Of a stretch of 64,000 bases of DNA, positions 50,555 to 57,791 are shown piece by piece. A program made the translations under genes and the position numbers. Location: the NCBI GenBank assembly GCA_038231275.1, contig JBBRLQ010000012.1, positions 1-64,000 on the forward strand, in the 5' to 3' direction. The first letter of the stretch is position 1. Each line of letters opens with the position of its first letter. Below the pieces are notes generated by a model. It saw only the letters and a list, made by a program, of their open reading frames with translations. It did no database searches and was not told the DNA's origin. The stretch is from Polyangiales bacterium. GTDB taxonomy: Bacteria > Myxococcota_A > Polyangia > Polyangiales > Polyangiaceae.

Positions 50555-51306
50555 TCGATCTCCGGAAGAAGACCTGCCTCGTCACCGGCGCCTCCGGCGG
50601 CATCGGCGCGGTCATCGCCCGCACGCTGCACGCGCAAGGGGCCACGGTCGTCCTGCATTACCACCAGGGGAAGGCGGCGGCCGACGCGCTCGCCGCCACG
50701 CTCGGCGCGCGCGCCATCTGCGTCGGCGCCGATCTGGGCACTGATGAAGGACCCACCGCGCTGTTCCGCGACGCGCTCGCCAAAGCGGGCGAGATCGACG
50801 TCCTCGTGAACAACGCCGCGACGATGCCAGAGGCGCGCGTCGAAGGGGACCTGGCGTCGTGGCACGCGGGCTGGCGGCAGACGCTGCAGGTGAACCTCGT
50901 CGCGGCCGCCGACTTGTGCCGGGAGGCCATCACGCATTTTCAGAGTCGAAAGGGCGGCATCCTCGTGAACATCGCGAGCCGCGCGGCGTTCCGCGGGGAC
51001 AGCCCCGAGTACATGGCGTACGCGGCGTCGAAGGCCGGGCTCGTCGCGCTCACGCGAAGCATCGCGCGCGGCTTCGCGAAGGACGGCGTGCTCGCCTACG
51101 GCGTCGCGCCTGGCTTCGTCACCGTCGGAATGCCCGCCGAGCACTACCGCGTTCACGGCACCAAGCGCATCGTCGCGGAGATCCCGCTCGGCGAGATCTC
51201 GCCGCCCGAGGACGTCGCCAACGTCGTCGCCTTCCTCGCCTCGGGCCTCGCGCGCCATGCGACGGGCACCACCATCGACGTCAACGGCGCGTCGTACGTC
51301 CGCTGA
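50551..51306 (+). CDS. SDR family oxidoreductase
   Basis: TGASGGIG, NNA, YAASK, APGFV. Confidence 0.92.
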   Translation: MIDLRKKTCLVTGASGGIGAVIARTLHAQGATVVLHYHQGKAAADALAATLGARAICVGADLGTDEGPTALFRDALAKAGEIDVLVNNAATMPEARVEGDLASWHAGWRQTLQVNLVAAADLCREAITHFQSRKGGILVNIASRAAFRGDSPEYMAYAASKAGLVALTRSIARGFAKDGVLAYGVAPGFVTVGMPAEHYRVHGTKRIVAEIPLGEISPPEDVANVVAFLASGLARHATGTTIDVNGASYVR

Positions 51307-51346
51307 CGCTCGTTCCTCGATCGTCCGCTGACGCTCGTTCCTCGAT
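51297..51346. repeat. Exact 25-bp tandem duplication
   Basis: CGTCCGCTGACGCTCGTTCCTCGAT at 51297-51321 and 51322-51346. Confidence 0.9.
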
Positions 51347-52197
51347 CAACGGCACACGACGCTGGGCCACCTTCCTTCGGGCACGCCCGTCGCCATTGCG
51401 TGCGCGCGAGCGAGCACGCCGGCGCACGTGTCGACGCGCGCGGCGATCGTGTAGGGGACGTAGGTGCCGTCCTCCGGCGCGGCGGCGTCGCGCGAAGCTT
51501 TTCCGTGATGGCCTTCGGTCCCTTGCGACACGACGCCCACGATGTCGCCAGTCTCGCGCGACCACACCGGACCGCCCGAGTCGCCGGGGCGCGCGAGGCC
51601 GCTCACCACGATCGAGCCGGCCATCACGCCGGTGGTGACCCCGCTGCGGTACCCACGAAGGAGCGCCCGCTGCGACCAGCCGGCCGCCGGCACCGTCTTC
51701 GATCCGTCGCGCGTCCCGAAACCGGACGCCATCAGATCCTCGTCCTCCCACGGTTCGGCCACGACGCGCGCCGATCGCGTCGGCACCTCGGGCGGGAGGT
51801 TCGTCTCGAGGACGAGCGCCGCGATGTCGCCGCGCGCCGTCTCGTTCCAGCACGGGCATGTCACGACGCCGACGACGCCGACGCGCCCCCACGGCAAATA
51901 GTCTCCGCCGAGCTCGACGCGAATGTCGCCCGGCGCGTGGCGCACCCACTTGTCGCCGTGATCGACGACGCAGTGCTGCGCGGTCAAGACGACTCCCGGC
52001 TCGACGAGCGCGCCCGAGCACGAGCCGCCGTGGGACAGGACGTGGACGATCCAGTCGTCGGGCGTGGCGTCGATGTGCGACAGATCGAGGAGGTGGGTGT
52101 CCGCCTCGAGCCGCAGGCTCGTGGAGAGCGAGAGGCGCGGATAATGGGCGCAGCTTGCGGCGAGGAGCGAGAGCGCGAGGACGACGCGCTTCAGCAT
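51346..52197 (-). CDS. Trypsin-like (S1) serine protease lipoprotein
   Basis: CSGALV, LTAQHC, DIAAL, GDSGGP; lipobox AASC. Confidence 0.88.
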   Translation of the reverse strand: MLKRVVLALSLLAASCAHYPRLSLSTSLRLEADTHLLDLSHIDATPDDWIVHVLSHGGSCSGALVEPGVVLTAQHCVVDHGDKWVRHAPGDIRVELGGDYLPWGRVGVVGVVTCPCWNETARGDIAALVLETNLPPEVPTRSARVVAEPWEDEDLMASGFGTRDGSKTVPAAGWSQRALLRGYRSGVTTGVMAGSIVVSGLARPGDSGGPVWSRETGDIVGVVSQGTEGHHGKASRDAAAPEDGTYVPYTIAARVDTCAGVLARAHAMATGVPEGRWPSVVCR

Positions 52198-52354
52198 GCG
52201 CGACGGATTTGCAAGGGTCGCGCCCCCACGCAGCGACGCCAAGCGCGCGAGCTCGCAGGCGACGCCGAGCCCATGCGGGATCGGGCGCCTCTGCTGCGTT
52301 TCGAACGCGAGAGCTTGCGCCCCGGCGCCGGGTGTCGCACATCTTAAGGAGAGA

Positions 52355-52717
52355 ATGTCCGACGAACCGGAGCAGGACAGCGACGTCGTCTACCTCCACA
52401 GCCCGACCGACGACGGCGACGGCGTTCGCGTCGTCCGCGCGCGTCAGGGCAAGGTGGAGATGGGCGAGGTGCGTCCCATCGCCGAGGGCAAGCCGCTCTC
52501 CGGCGAGATCGTCAGTCTTCGTCCGCGCGAGGGCTCGCCTCGGGTATGCGACGTGAAGGTCGAGTACGCGAAGACGGACGACGCAAAGCCCGCGAGCGCC
52601 TCGGGGAGCGCCGCGAAGGGCCCCGCGCAAGTCGCGACGACGACGTACCGCGACAACTGGGAGTCGATCTTCGGAAACGCCGGCCGCCGCTCGAAGAAGG
52701 CCGCCGTCCTGAATTGA
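52355..52717 (+). CDS. Small hypothetical protein
   Basis: AAGGAG RBS; GPAQVAT..YRDNWESIFG C-terminal motif. Confidence 0.7.
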   Translation: MSDEPEQDSDVVYLHSPTDDGDGVRVVRARQGKVEMGEVRPIAEGKPLSGEIVSLRPREGSPRVCDVKVEYAKTDDAKPASASGSAAKGPAQVATTTYRDNWESIFGNAGRRSKKAAVLN

Positions 52718-53044
52718 TCGCGCGCGTCTGGACAAACTCGTCCGTAGTGCGCACGTTGCGGAGCACTCGAGGCTCTCGGGGCGAAGTCATCTGCGCACCA
52801 AACCGCGCTGCCGCCCGCACCCTCACAACGTTTTTTCGGCCGAAACGCCGAGGCACCTTTCAGACAATTCGCATCGGTCCACGGCGACGTGCGGCTTCTC
52901 GTTCGTTCATCCGTTCGAGAAGGCGCACGACCGCCGGAATGAGCCCACGCCTTCGGCGTGACGCGCAGCCGGGGAGCCACGTTTGCTCCACGCGCCGATG
53001 CACCGTTTTCCCGCGCCCATCCGGCAAGGCCCCACAAGCAAGCT

Positions 53045-53141
53045 CGGAGATTGTTGGTTCGACTCCAACCGGCTGCACCGCGTTCTCGGACGCTCTCGCA
53101 CGCAGCTGTAGCCTAACGGTAAGGCACCGGCCTCTTAAGCC
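53045..53141 (+). ncRNA. Circularly permuted tRNA-Lys(CUU)-like domain; probable YrlA-type Y RNA (true RNA ends unknown, probably wider)
   Basis: The 3' half comes first: GG, AGATT, T-arm GTTGG-TTCGACT-CCAAC, CGGCTGC, ACC (53046-53079). The 5' half follows: GCAGCTG, TA, D-arm GCCT-AACGGTA-AGGC, A, CCGGC-CTCTTAA-GCC (53102-53141). It lies upstream of a TROVE-vWA-like gene. Confidence 0.8.
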
Positions 53142-53321
53142 AAAAGCCATGGCTTTCCCACTCGGGCGTGGGCAATTCTTTTCAAAAGATCGAGATCACC
53201 GCCGCGTGGACGCCAAACGTTCGCGCGCCCGAGCCGCAGGTTAAATCGGGCACACGAACGGCGGCCGCGCGTCCCGCGGCGGGGTTCTCTCAGTTATTCT
53301 TCCCTTCCTTCGGAGGTCCCC

Positions 53322-55094
53322 ATGAACACGAACCAGACGCGCGCGCCCCTTCCGGAGTCGCAGCTCGGGCCTGCCGAGCGGCTGCTCGATCTCGTGCTCA
53401 ACTCGTCGGCGCACCTCTGGCACAACCGGCCGGGGCTCGACGTCCGCGGTGTGTGGCACGCGGCCCGCGGCGCGAAGGTGCGCGGCACCGCCGCGAAGCC
53501 GGGCCTCTTCGTTCCGGCGGCGCGCGGCCTCTACGCGCGCCTCCTCGAGATCTACACGCTCAACGCCGATCTCATGGCGCACTTCGCGTCGTACGCGCTC
53601 CTCGAGACCGAGTGGCGCGATCTGAAGGTCGCGTGCGCCGCGCTCATGCTCGTTCAGGGCAAGAGCGGCCAGCCGATCAAGGAGGACCTTGCCAAGGGCG
53701 CCGCCGTCGCGTTCTACGACGACGACTACCGTGCGATCGGCGAGGCGATGGTCCTCTTCTACGCCAAGAAGAGCACCAAGATGCTCACGCCCAAGGGCGT
53801 GCTCCGCGTCGGGGAGCTCCTCGAGGTTCCGGAGATCGCTGCGCTGAACCGCGCCGCGGGATTCGGCGACGCGACGGGCGGCAAGGCGCCGCTCGGACGC
53901 TGGAAGCGCGCGGCCACCAAGTGGCTCGCCGCGCGCGAGAAGAACCGCGTGATGCTCGAGGGCCTGGTCCGCGCCGGCTACAAGGAGACCATCAAGAAGA
54001 TCGCCCGAAAGGCCGGCTACAAGCCGGAGACGCAGGCCTTCTTCGAGATCCTCGGTTGGAAGCAGAAGCAGGCGGACGGCGGTCACCGCACCGTCGGCCT
54101 CGGCGCCGACCTCAAGCTGGAAAAGCGCGAGCGCTTCGACGGCGTGAGCGAGGCCGAGATCTGCGAGCGCATCGAGCAAGATCGCCTGTCGTACAAGGAC
54201 GTCGTCGGGCGCCTGCCCAAGGACGTCGGGCTCACCCCGGCGATCATGGTCGCGCTCCTGCCGTCGCTCAGCGATCGCGATCTGCGCATGCTCACCCCCA
54301 CCCTCGAGGAGCTCGGGCTCATGACCGAGCCGGAGATCCGCGCGAAGTGGGAGAAGGCCATCCTCTCGTCGACCGACCAGCGCTCGCTCACCACGGCCAA
54401 GAACGTGAAGAGCAAGGCGCTCAAGGAGAAGCTCGAGGAGGCCGCCGACAACGCCGCGAAGAACGCGGTCAAGGCGGCGACCAAGGACAGCGACGTCCGC
54501 GTCATCTTCCTCGTCGACAAGTCGGGGAGCATGACGAACGCCATCGAGCAGTCGAAGGAGGCGCTCTCGCGAATCCTCGCCGGTTTCCCTGGAGAAAAGC
54601 TGCATGTTGCAACCTTCGACACGACCGGGACGGTCCTCCGCCCCAAGGCGGCGTCGCGGGCGGCGGTGCAGCACATGCTCCAGGGCATCACGGCCGGCGG
54701 CGGCACGATGCACGGCGCGGCGGTGCGCGCGCTCCACGAGGCGGGCGTGTCTTTCCCCAAAGAGAGCAAGCTCGTCGTCATCGTGGTCGGAGACGAGGCG
54801 GGCGAGACCGGCGAGCAACTGGCCCACGCCTTCCGCGCCTTCGGCTTCGACGTCGCGGCGCTCGCGCTCATGCTCCCCTCGCAGGCGGGTCGCGGCTACA
54901 CGGTCCGAAACTGCGCGACTGCGCTGGGCATCCCGTTCAGCGAGGTCACGCTCGATCAGTTCGCCGATCCGTATCAGGTGACCCGCGTCCTCACAGCCCT
55001 CCTCGAGGCGCCCAAGATGATCGCGGGCCCCGTGAAGCAGGCGGGCTGGGTGGAGAAGGTCATGAAGACCAAGCTCCTCGAATTGCCCAACTAG
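53322..55094 (+). CDS. Divergent Ro60/Rsr-like protein (TROVE-like helical domain + C-terminal vWA)
   Basis: The vWA MIDAS (FLVDKSGSM, GGT, VVGDE) is clear. N-terminal LMAHFASYAL..WRDL...AAL, PLGRWKRA..KWL and LRML..LEELG echo TROVE blocks. Adjacent to a Y-RNA-like element. Confidence 0.65.
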   Translation: MNTNQTRAPLPESQLGPAERLLDLVLNSSAHLWHNRPGLDVRGVWHAARGAKVRGTAAKPGLFVPAARGLYARLLEIYTLNADLMAHFASYALLETEWRDLKVACAALMLVQGKSGQPIKEDLAKGAAVAFYDDDYRAIGEAMVLFYAKKSTKMLTPKGVLRVGELLEVPEIAALNRAAGFGDATGGKAPLGRWKRAATKWLAAREKNRVMLEGLVRAGYKETIKKIARKAGYKPETQAFFEILGWKQKQADGGHRTVGLGADLKLEKRERFDGVSEAEICERIEQDRLSYKDVVGRLPKDVGLTPAIMVALLPSLSDRDLRMLTPTLEELGLMTEPEIRAKWEKAILSSTDQRSLTTAKNVKSKALKEKLEEAADNAAKNAVKAATKDSDVRVIFLVDKSGSMTNAIEQSKEALSRILAGFPGEKLHVATFDTTGTVLRPKAASRAAVQHMLQGITAGGGTMHGAAVRALHEAGVSFPKESKLVVIVVGDEAGETGEQLAHAFRAFGFDVAALALMLPSQAGRGYTVRNCATALGIPFSEVTLDQFADPYQVTRVLTALLEAPKMIAGPVKQAGWVEKVMKTKLLELPN

Positions 55095-55117
55095 AATAGC
55101 GAGGAGAGAGGAACGCT

Positions 55118-56086
55118 TTGGCCGACTACCGAAAGTTCCTCTCCAAGGTCGAGACGAGCGTGCTCCCGTATTTCGGCGGCACGCGCGTCGACACCTCCTC
55201 ACGTCGCTTGCGTCTCCCGAGCGCGCTGGACGCGCCCGGCTGGTACACGTTCGAGATCAAGGGGCGTGAGGCCTTTCCGAAGGATCCGGCGGACGCGCCG
55301 GATCTCTCGGACCTACCGCTCGCGCGCGGTCACGTCGTCGGGCGCTGGCTCGTCGGCGACAACGCGGGCGCGGTGGAGATGGAGCTCTTTTCAGAAGAAG
55401 AGCCTCCGGTGCTCGCGCCATGCCGCGCGCGCGTTTGGTACGGGGGAGAGGTCCTCTTCGAGGGCCTCGACTTCGAGGGCGAAGCCGAGCTATCCGCGCG
55501 CGAAGCGCTGGAGGATGGCCGCTCCCTCGAGGGCATCAAGGGCGTCGGCGCGCCGTTACGGGCCGCGTTCGCCTACGCGGTGCTCGCACGCACGTCGCGC
55601 GAGCTCACCATCCCATTCTCTCCAAAAGAAGTACGAAAGGATCTCCTCACCATCGCTGGAACTGGGCCCGACGGCGCCGCGAGTTCGCTGCGCCGCCTCG
55701 AGCACGAGCGACGCATGTGGCGCGCGCTTCACCCCGAAGAGGCCCTCCTGCGCGGAGAGGCTCCTCCTCCCGTTCGCCACCACGGCCCCCAGCCGACGCT
55801 CGCGAACGCCGAAGAACGCGCCGACGCCGCCCTCGAAGCGGCAGGCGCGCGCCTGCTCGCCGTCCGTCGCCTCGGCGATCGCCAGCTCGAGGTTCGGTAT
55901 CGCTTCATGGACGAGCGCTTCGTCACCGTGTGCGACGCGCTCACGCTGCAGATCCACGACGCCGGCGTCTGCCTCGGTCACGGCGAAGAGCGCGGCGATC
56001 GCCTGCTCACACTCGAGAGCCTTCCGTCCGTCATCAAGGAGGCGATCGACACCGACGTCCTCGTCATCACTCGCGGCTTCGCTTGA
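55118..56086 (+). CDS. Hypothetical protein with a C-terminal E2/UBC-like Cys motif
   Basis: TTG start with a purine-rich RBS. C-terminal IHDAGVCL...TLESLPSVI resembles the E2 G-x-C-L active site and following helix. Confidence 0.5.
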   Translation: MADYRKFLSKVETSVLPYFGGTRVDTSSRRLRLPSALDAPGWYTFEIKGREAFPKDPADAPDLSDLPLARGHVVGRWLVGDNAGAVEMELFSEEEPPVLAPCRARVWYGGEVLFEGLDFEGEAELSAREALEDGRSLEGIKGVGAPLRAAFAYAVLARTSRELTIPFSPKEVRKDLLTIAGTGPDGAASSLRRLEHERRMWRALHPEEALLRGEAPPPVRHHGPQPTLANAEERADAALEAAGARLLAVRRLGDRQLEVRYRFMDERFVTVCDALTLQIHDAGVCLGHGEERGDRLLTLESLPSVIKEAIDTDVLVITRGFA

Positions 56087-56166
56087 AAGGAAGGACTCGC
56101 GCGTGAACAAATCGGCGGCCAGCTCGTCGAAGCAGAAACGTTCTCACCGAAGAAAGGCGGCATCCC

Positions 56167-56409
56167 ATGGCGATTCTGAACATCACGTACAACGGTCTGT
56201 CGGCGGACTACCCGCTCGACATGAACTACGACCTGTCGGACGCCGACGTCCGGCGTATCGCGCTCGAGGTCGTGCGTTCGGGCGGCGTCGGCGGCCTCCA
56301 GATCGCGAACCTCGACGAGCGCGCCTTCGCGGCGCACGTGATCGACCGGTTCCAGGGCCAGGACGGTGCCCCGCGCATCTACCTGCGTCCCAAGGTCCCG
56401 TTCGGTTGA
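56167..56409 (+). CDS. Small ubiquitin-like (beta-grasp) candidate ending in Gly
   Basis: 80 aa; beta-beta-alpha-beta pattern; C-terminal IYLRPKVPFG; directly upstream of an E1 gene. Confidence 0.6.
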   Translation: MAILNITYNGLSADYPLDMNYDLSDADVRRIALEVVRSGGVGGLQIANLDERAFAAHVIDRFQGQDGAPRIYLRPKVPFG

Positions 56410-56412
56410 ATT

Positions 56413-56466
56413 TCGTTTGGAACGAGTCTTTTCAGTGGAATCTACTGAAAGGATTCGTTCGAACGA
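56413..56466 (+). promoter_or_regulatory. Long AT-rich intergenic RNA hairpin (about 25 bp)
   Basis: TCGTTTGGAACGAGTCTTTTCAGTGG pairs with CTACTGAAAGGATTCGTTCGAACGA using G-U wobbles and one bulge. Confidence 0.75.
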
Positions 56467-56482
56467 TTCCATTGAAAGGAGC

Positions 56483-57070
56483 ATGCGGGTGCGGATCGTG
56501 TTCTGCGGCGTGGGCGCGCTCGGCTCGACGGCGGCGGTCCTGTGCCGAAACCTGCCTTCGACGCTGGCGTTCGTCGACTTCGATCGTGTCGAGGCGAAGA
56601 ACCTCGCGGCGCAGGCGTACGTCAAGCCGTCCATCGGGAAGAACAAGGCCGATGCGCTGAAGCTCCAGCTGCTGAATTTCTACGGCATCAAGGCGGAGGC
56701 GTTCGGCGTCCGGCTGGGCGCCGAGAACGTCGCGACGCTGCTCGGCGCCGCGGATCTGATCGTCGACGCGTTCGACAACCAGGCGAGCCGGCTCGTCCTG
56801 TCCACCTATGCGCGTGCGGCGAGAAGGGCGCTCGTGCACGGCGCGCTCTCGGGCGACGGGACGTTCGGCTTGGTCCGTTGGGACGAGCGCTTCGTGCCCG
56901 ACGCCGAGGACGAGGCGGGCCAGGCCACGTGCGAGGGCGGCGAGCACCTGCCGCTCATCGGTCTGCTTGGCGCGGCGCTCGCGCGCGCGATCCAGGATTT
57001 CGTGAAGAGCGGCGCGCGGCGCGACTCGATGGTGAGCCTCGCGGCGGTGACGCCGACCGCGTCCACGTGA
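56483..57070 (+). CDS. ThiF/MoeB/E1-like adenylyltransferase
   Basis: GVGALG, DFDRVE.KNL..Q, GKNKA, DAFDN..SR; a single Cys in ATCEG; no Zn-binding CxxC pairs. Confidence 0.9.
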   Translation: MRVRIVFCGVGALGSTAAVLCRNLPSTLAFVDFDRVEAKNLAAQAYVKPSIGKNKADALKLQLLNFYGIKAEAFGVRLGAENVATLLGAADLIVDAFDNQASRLVLSTYARAARRALVHGALSGDGTFGLVRWDERFVPDAEDEAGQATCEGGEHLPLIGLLGAALARAIQDFVKSGARRDSMVSLAAVTPTAST

Positions 57071-57108
57071 GGCACGCCTCCACGTGAGGCACCCTCTACG
57101 TGAGGCGC
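57062..57108. repeat. Three imperfect direct repeats of TCCACGTGAGGCAC
   Basis: Copies at 57062, 57079 and 57095, between convergent stop codons. Confidence 0.8.
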
Positions 57109-57791
57109 GCGATCAAGCGCTCGGCGAGCTTGGGTCCGCGCCCCTCGTCTTCGTGCTTGAAGAACACCCACGCCTCGCCCCACGGCTGCGCGCGGATCGA
57201 ATCGGCCCACGCGGCGAGCTCGGCGTCGGTGTACTCGACCTCGCGCAGGCGCAAGTAGCCGAACGGCGCGGTGGGGACGAGCGGCGTCTTGCCCTCTTCG
57301 GTCTCGACCGCGCAGAGCGCGACGTTCTTCGCGCGAAGCGCGGCGTACACCTCGTCGTCGAACCACGACGCGTGACGGAACTCGATCGCCGCGCGCACCG
57401 ACGGCGGGAGGAGCTCGAGCAAATGCGCGAGGCGCCCGAGGTCCTTCTTGAAGTTCGGCGGGAGCTGGAAGAGGAGCGGCCCCTGCTTCGGCCCCAGCTC
57501 GCTCGCGACGCGGAGGAAATGCCCGACCGGGTCCGCGACCTCTTTCAGCCTGGAAAAATGGGTGATTCGTTGCGGTGCCTTCAAGACGAACGCGAAGTCG
57601 TCGGGCGTCTGCGCGGCCCAGCCGGAGACGACCTTGGCGAGCGGCATCCGGTAGAACGTATTATTGATCTCGACGGTGCCGAAGCGCGACGCGTAAAAGC
57701 CGAGCATCGCGTCGGCCTTGAGCTTCTCTGGGTAGAAGCTCCCCTTCCACTCTTTGTAGGCGTAGCCGCTCGTCCCGACGCGGACCTTCAT
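57096..57791 (-). CDS. DUF72 family protein
   Basis: VGTSGYAY.EW.G.FYP, VEINNTFY, KAP..ITH, LFQLPP, EFRH.SW, YLRL. Confidence 0.92.
   Translation of the reverse strand: MKVRVGTSGYAYKEWKGSFYPEKLKADAMLGFYASRFGTVEINNTFYRMPLAKVVSGWAAQTPDDFAFVLKAPQRITHFSRLKEVADPVGHFLRVASELGPKQGPLLFQLPPNFKKDLGRLAHLLELLPPSVRAAIEFRHASWFDDEVYAALRAKNVALCAVETEEGKTPLVPTAPFGYLRLREVEYTDAELAAWADSIRAQPWGEAWVFFKHEDEGRGPKLAERLIARLT

Noticed and set aside
52965..53080. tmRNA
   Set aside because: Only about 115 nt lie between the acceptor strands, no tag reading frame is evident, and there is no G3-U70 alanine identity pair.
53045..53141. Ordinary tRNA-Lys gene, tRNA pseudogene or prophage att remnant
   Set aside because: The halves are in reversed order yet pair fully with each other, and no integrase is nearby. 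A permuted/YrlA-type reading fits better.
52860..53150. Short minus-strand ORFs in the intergenic gap
   Set aside because: They have atypical composition and read through the antisense of the tRNA-like element (PVGVEPT-type translation).
53241..55202. Long antisense ORFs, also 23353-24915, 35614-37518 and 59911-62286
   Set aside because: They mirror well-supported genes on the other strand and carry no recognisable motifs.
56167..57070. ThiS/MoaD-ThiF/MoeB cofactor biosynthesis pair
   Set aside because: There is no GG terminus, no zinc or rhodanese elements, and no thi/moa genes nearby. Disfavoured but not formally excluded.
57062..57108. CRISPR array
   Set aside because: The repeats are about 14 bp with 2-3 nt gaps; there are no spacers and no cas genes.
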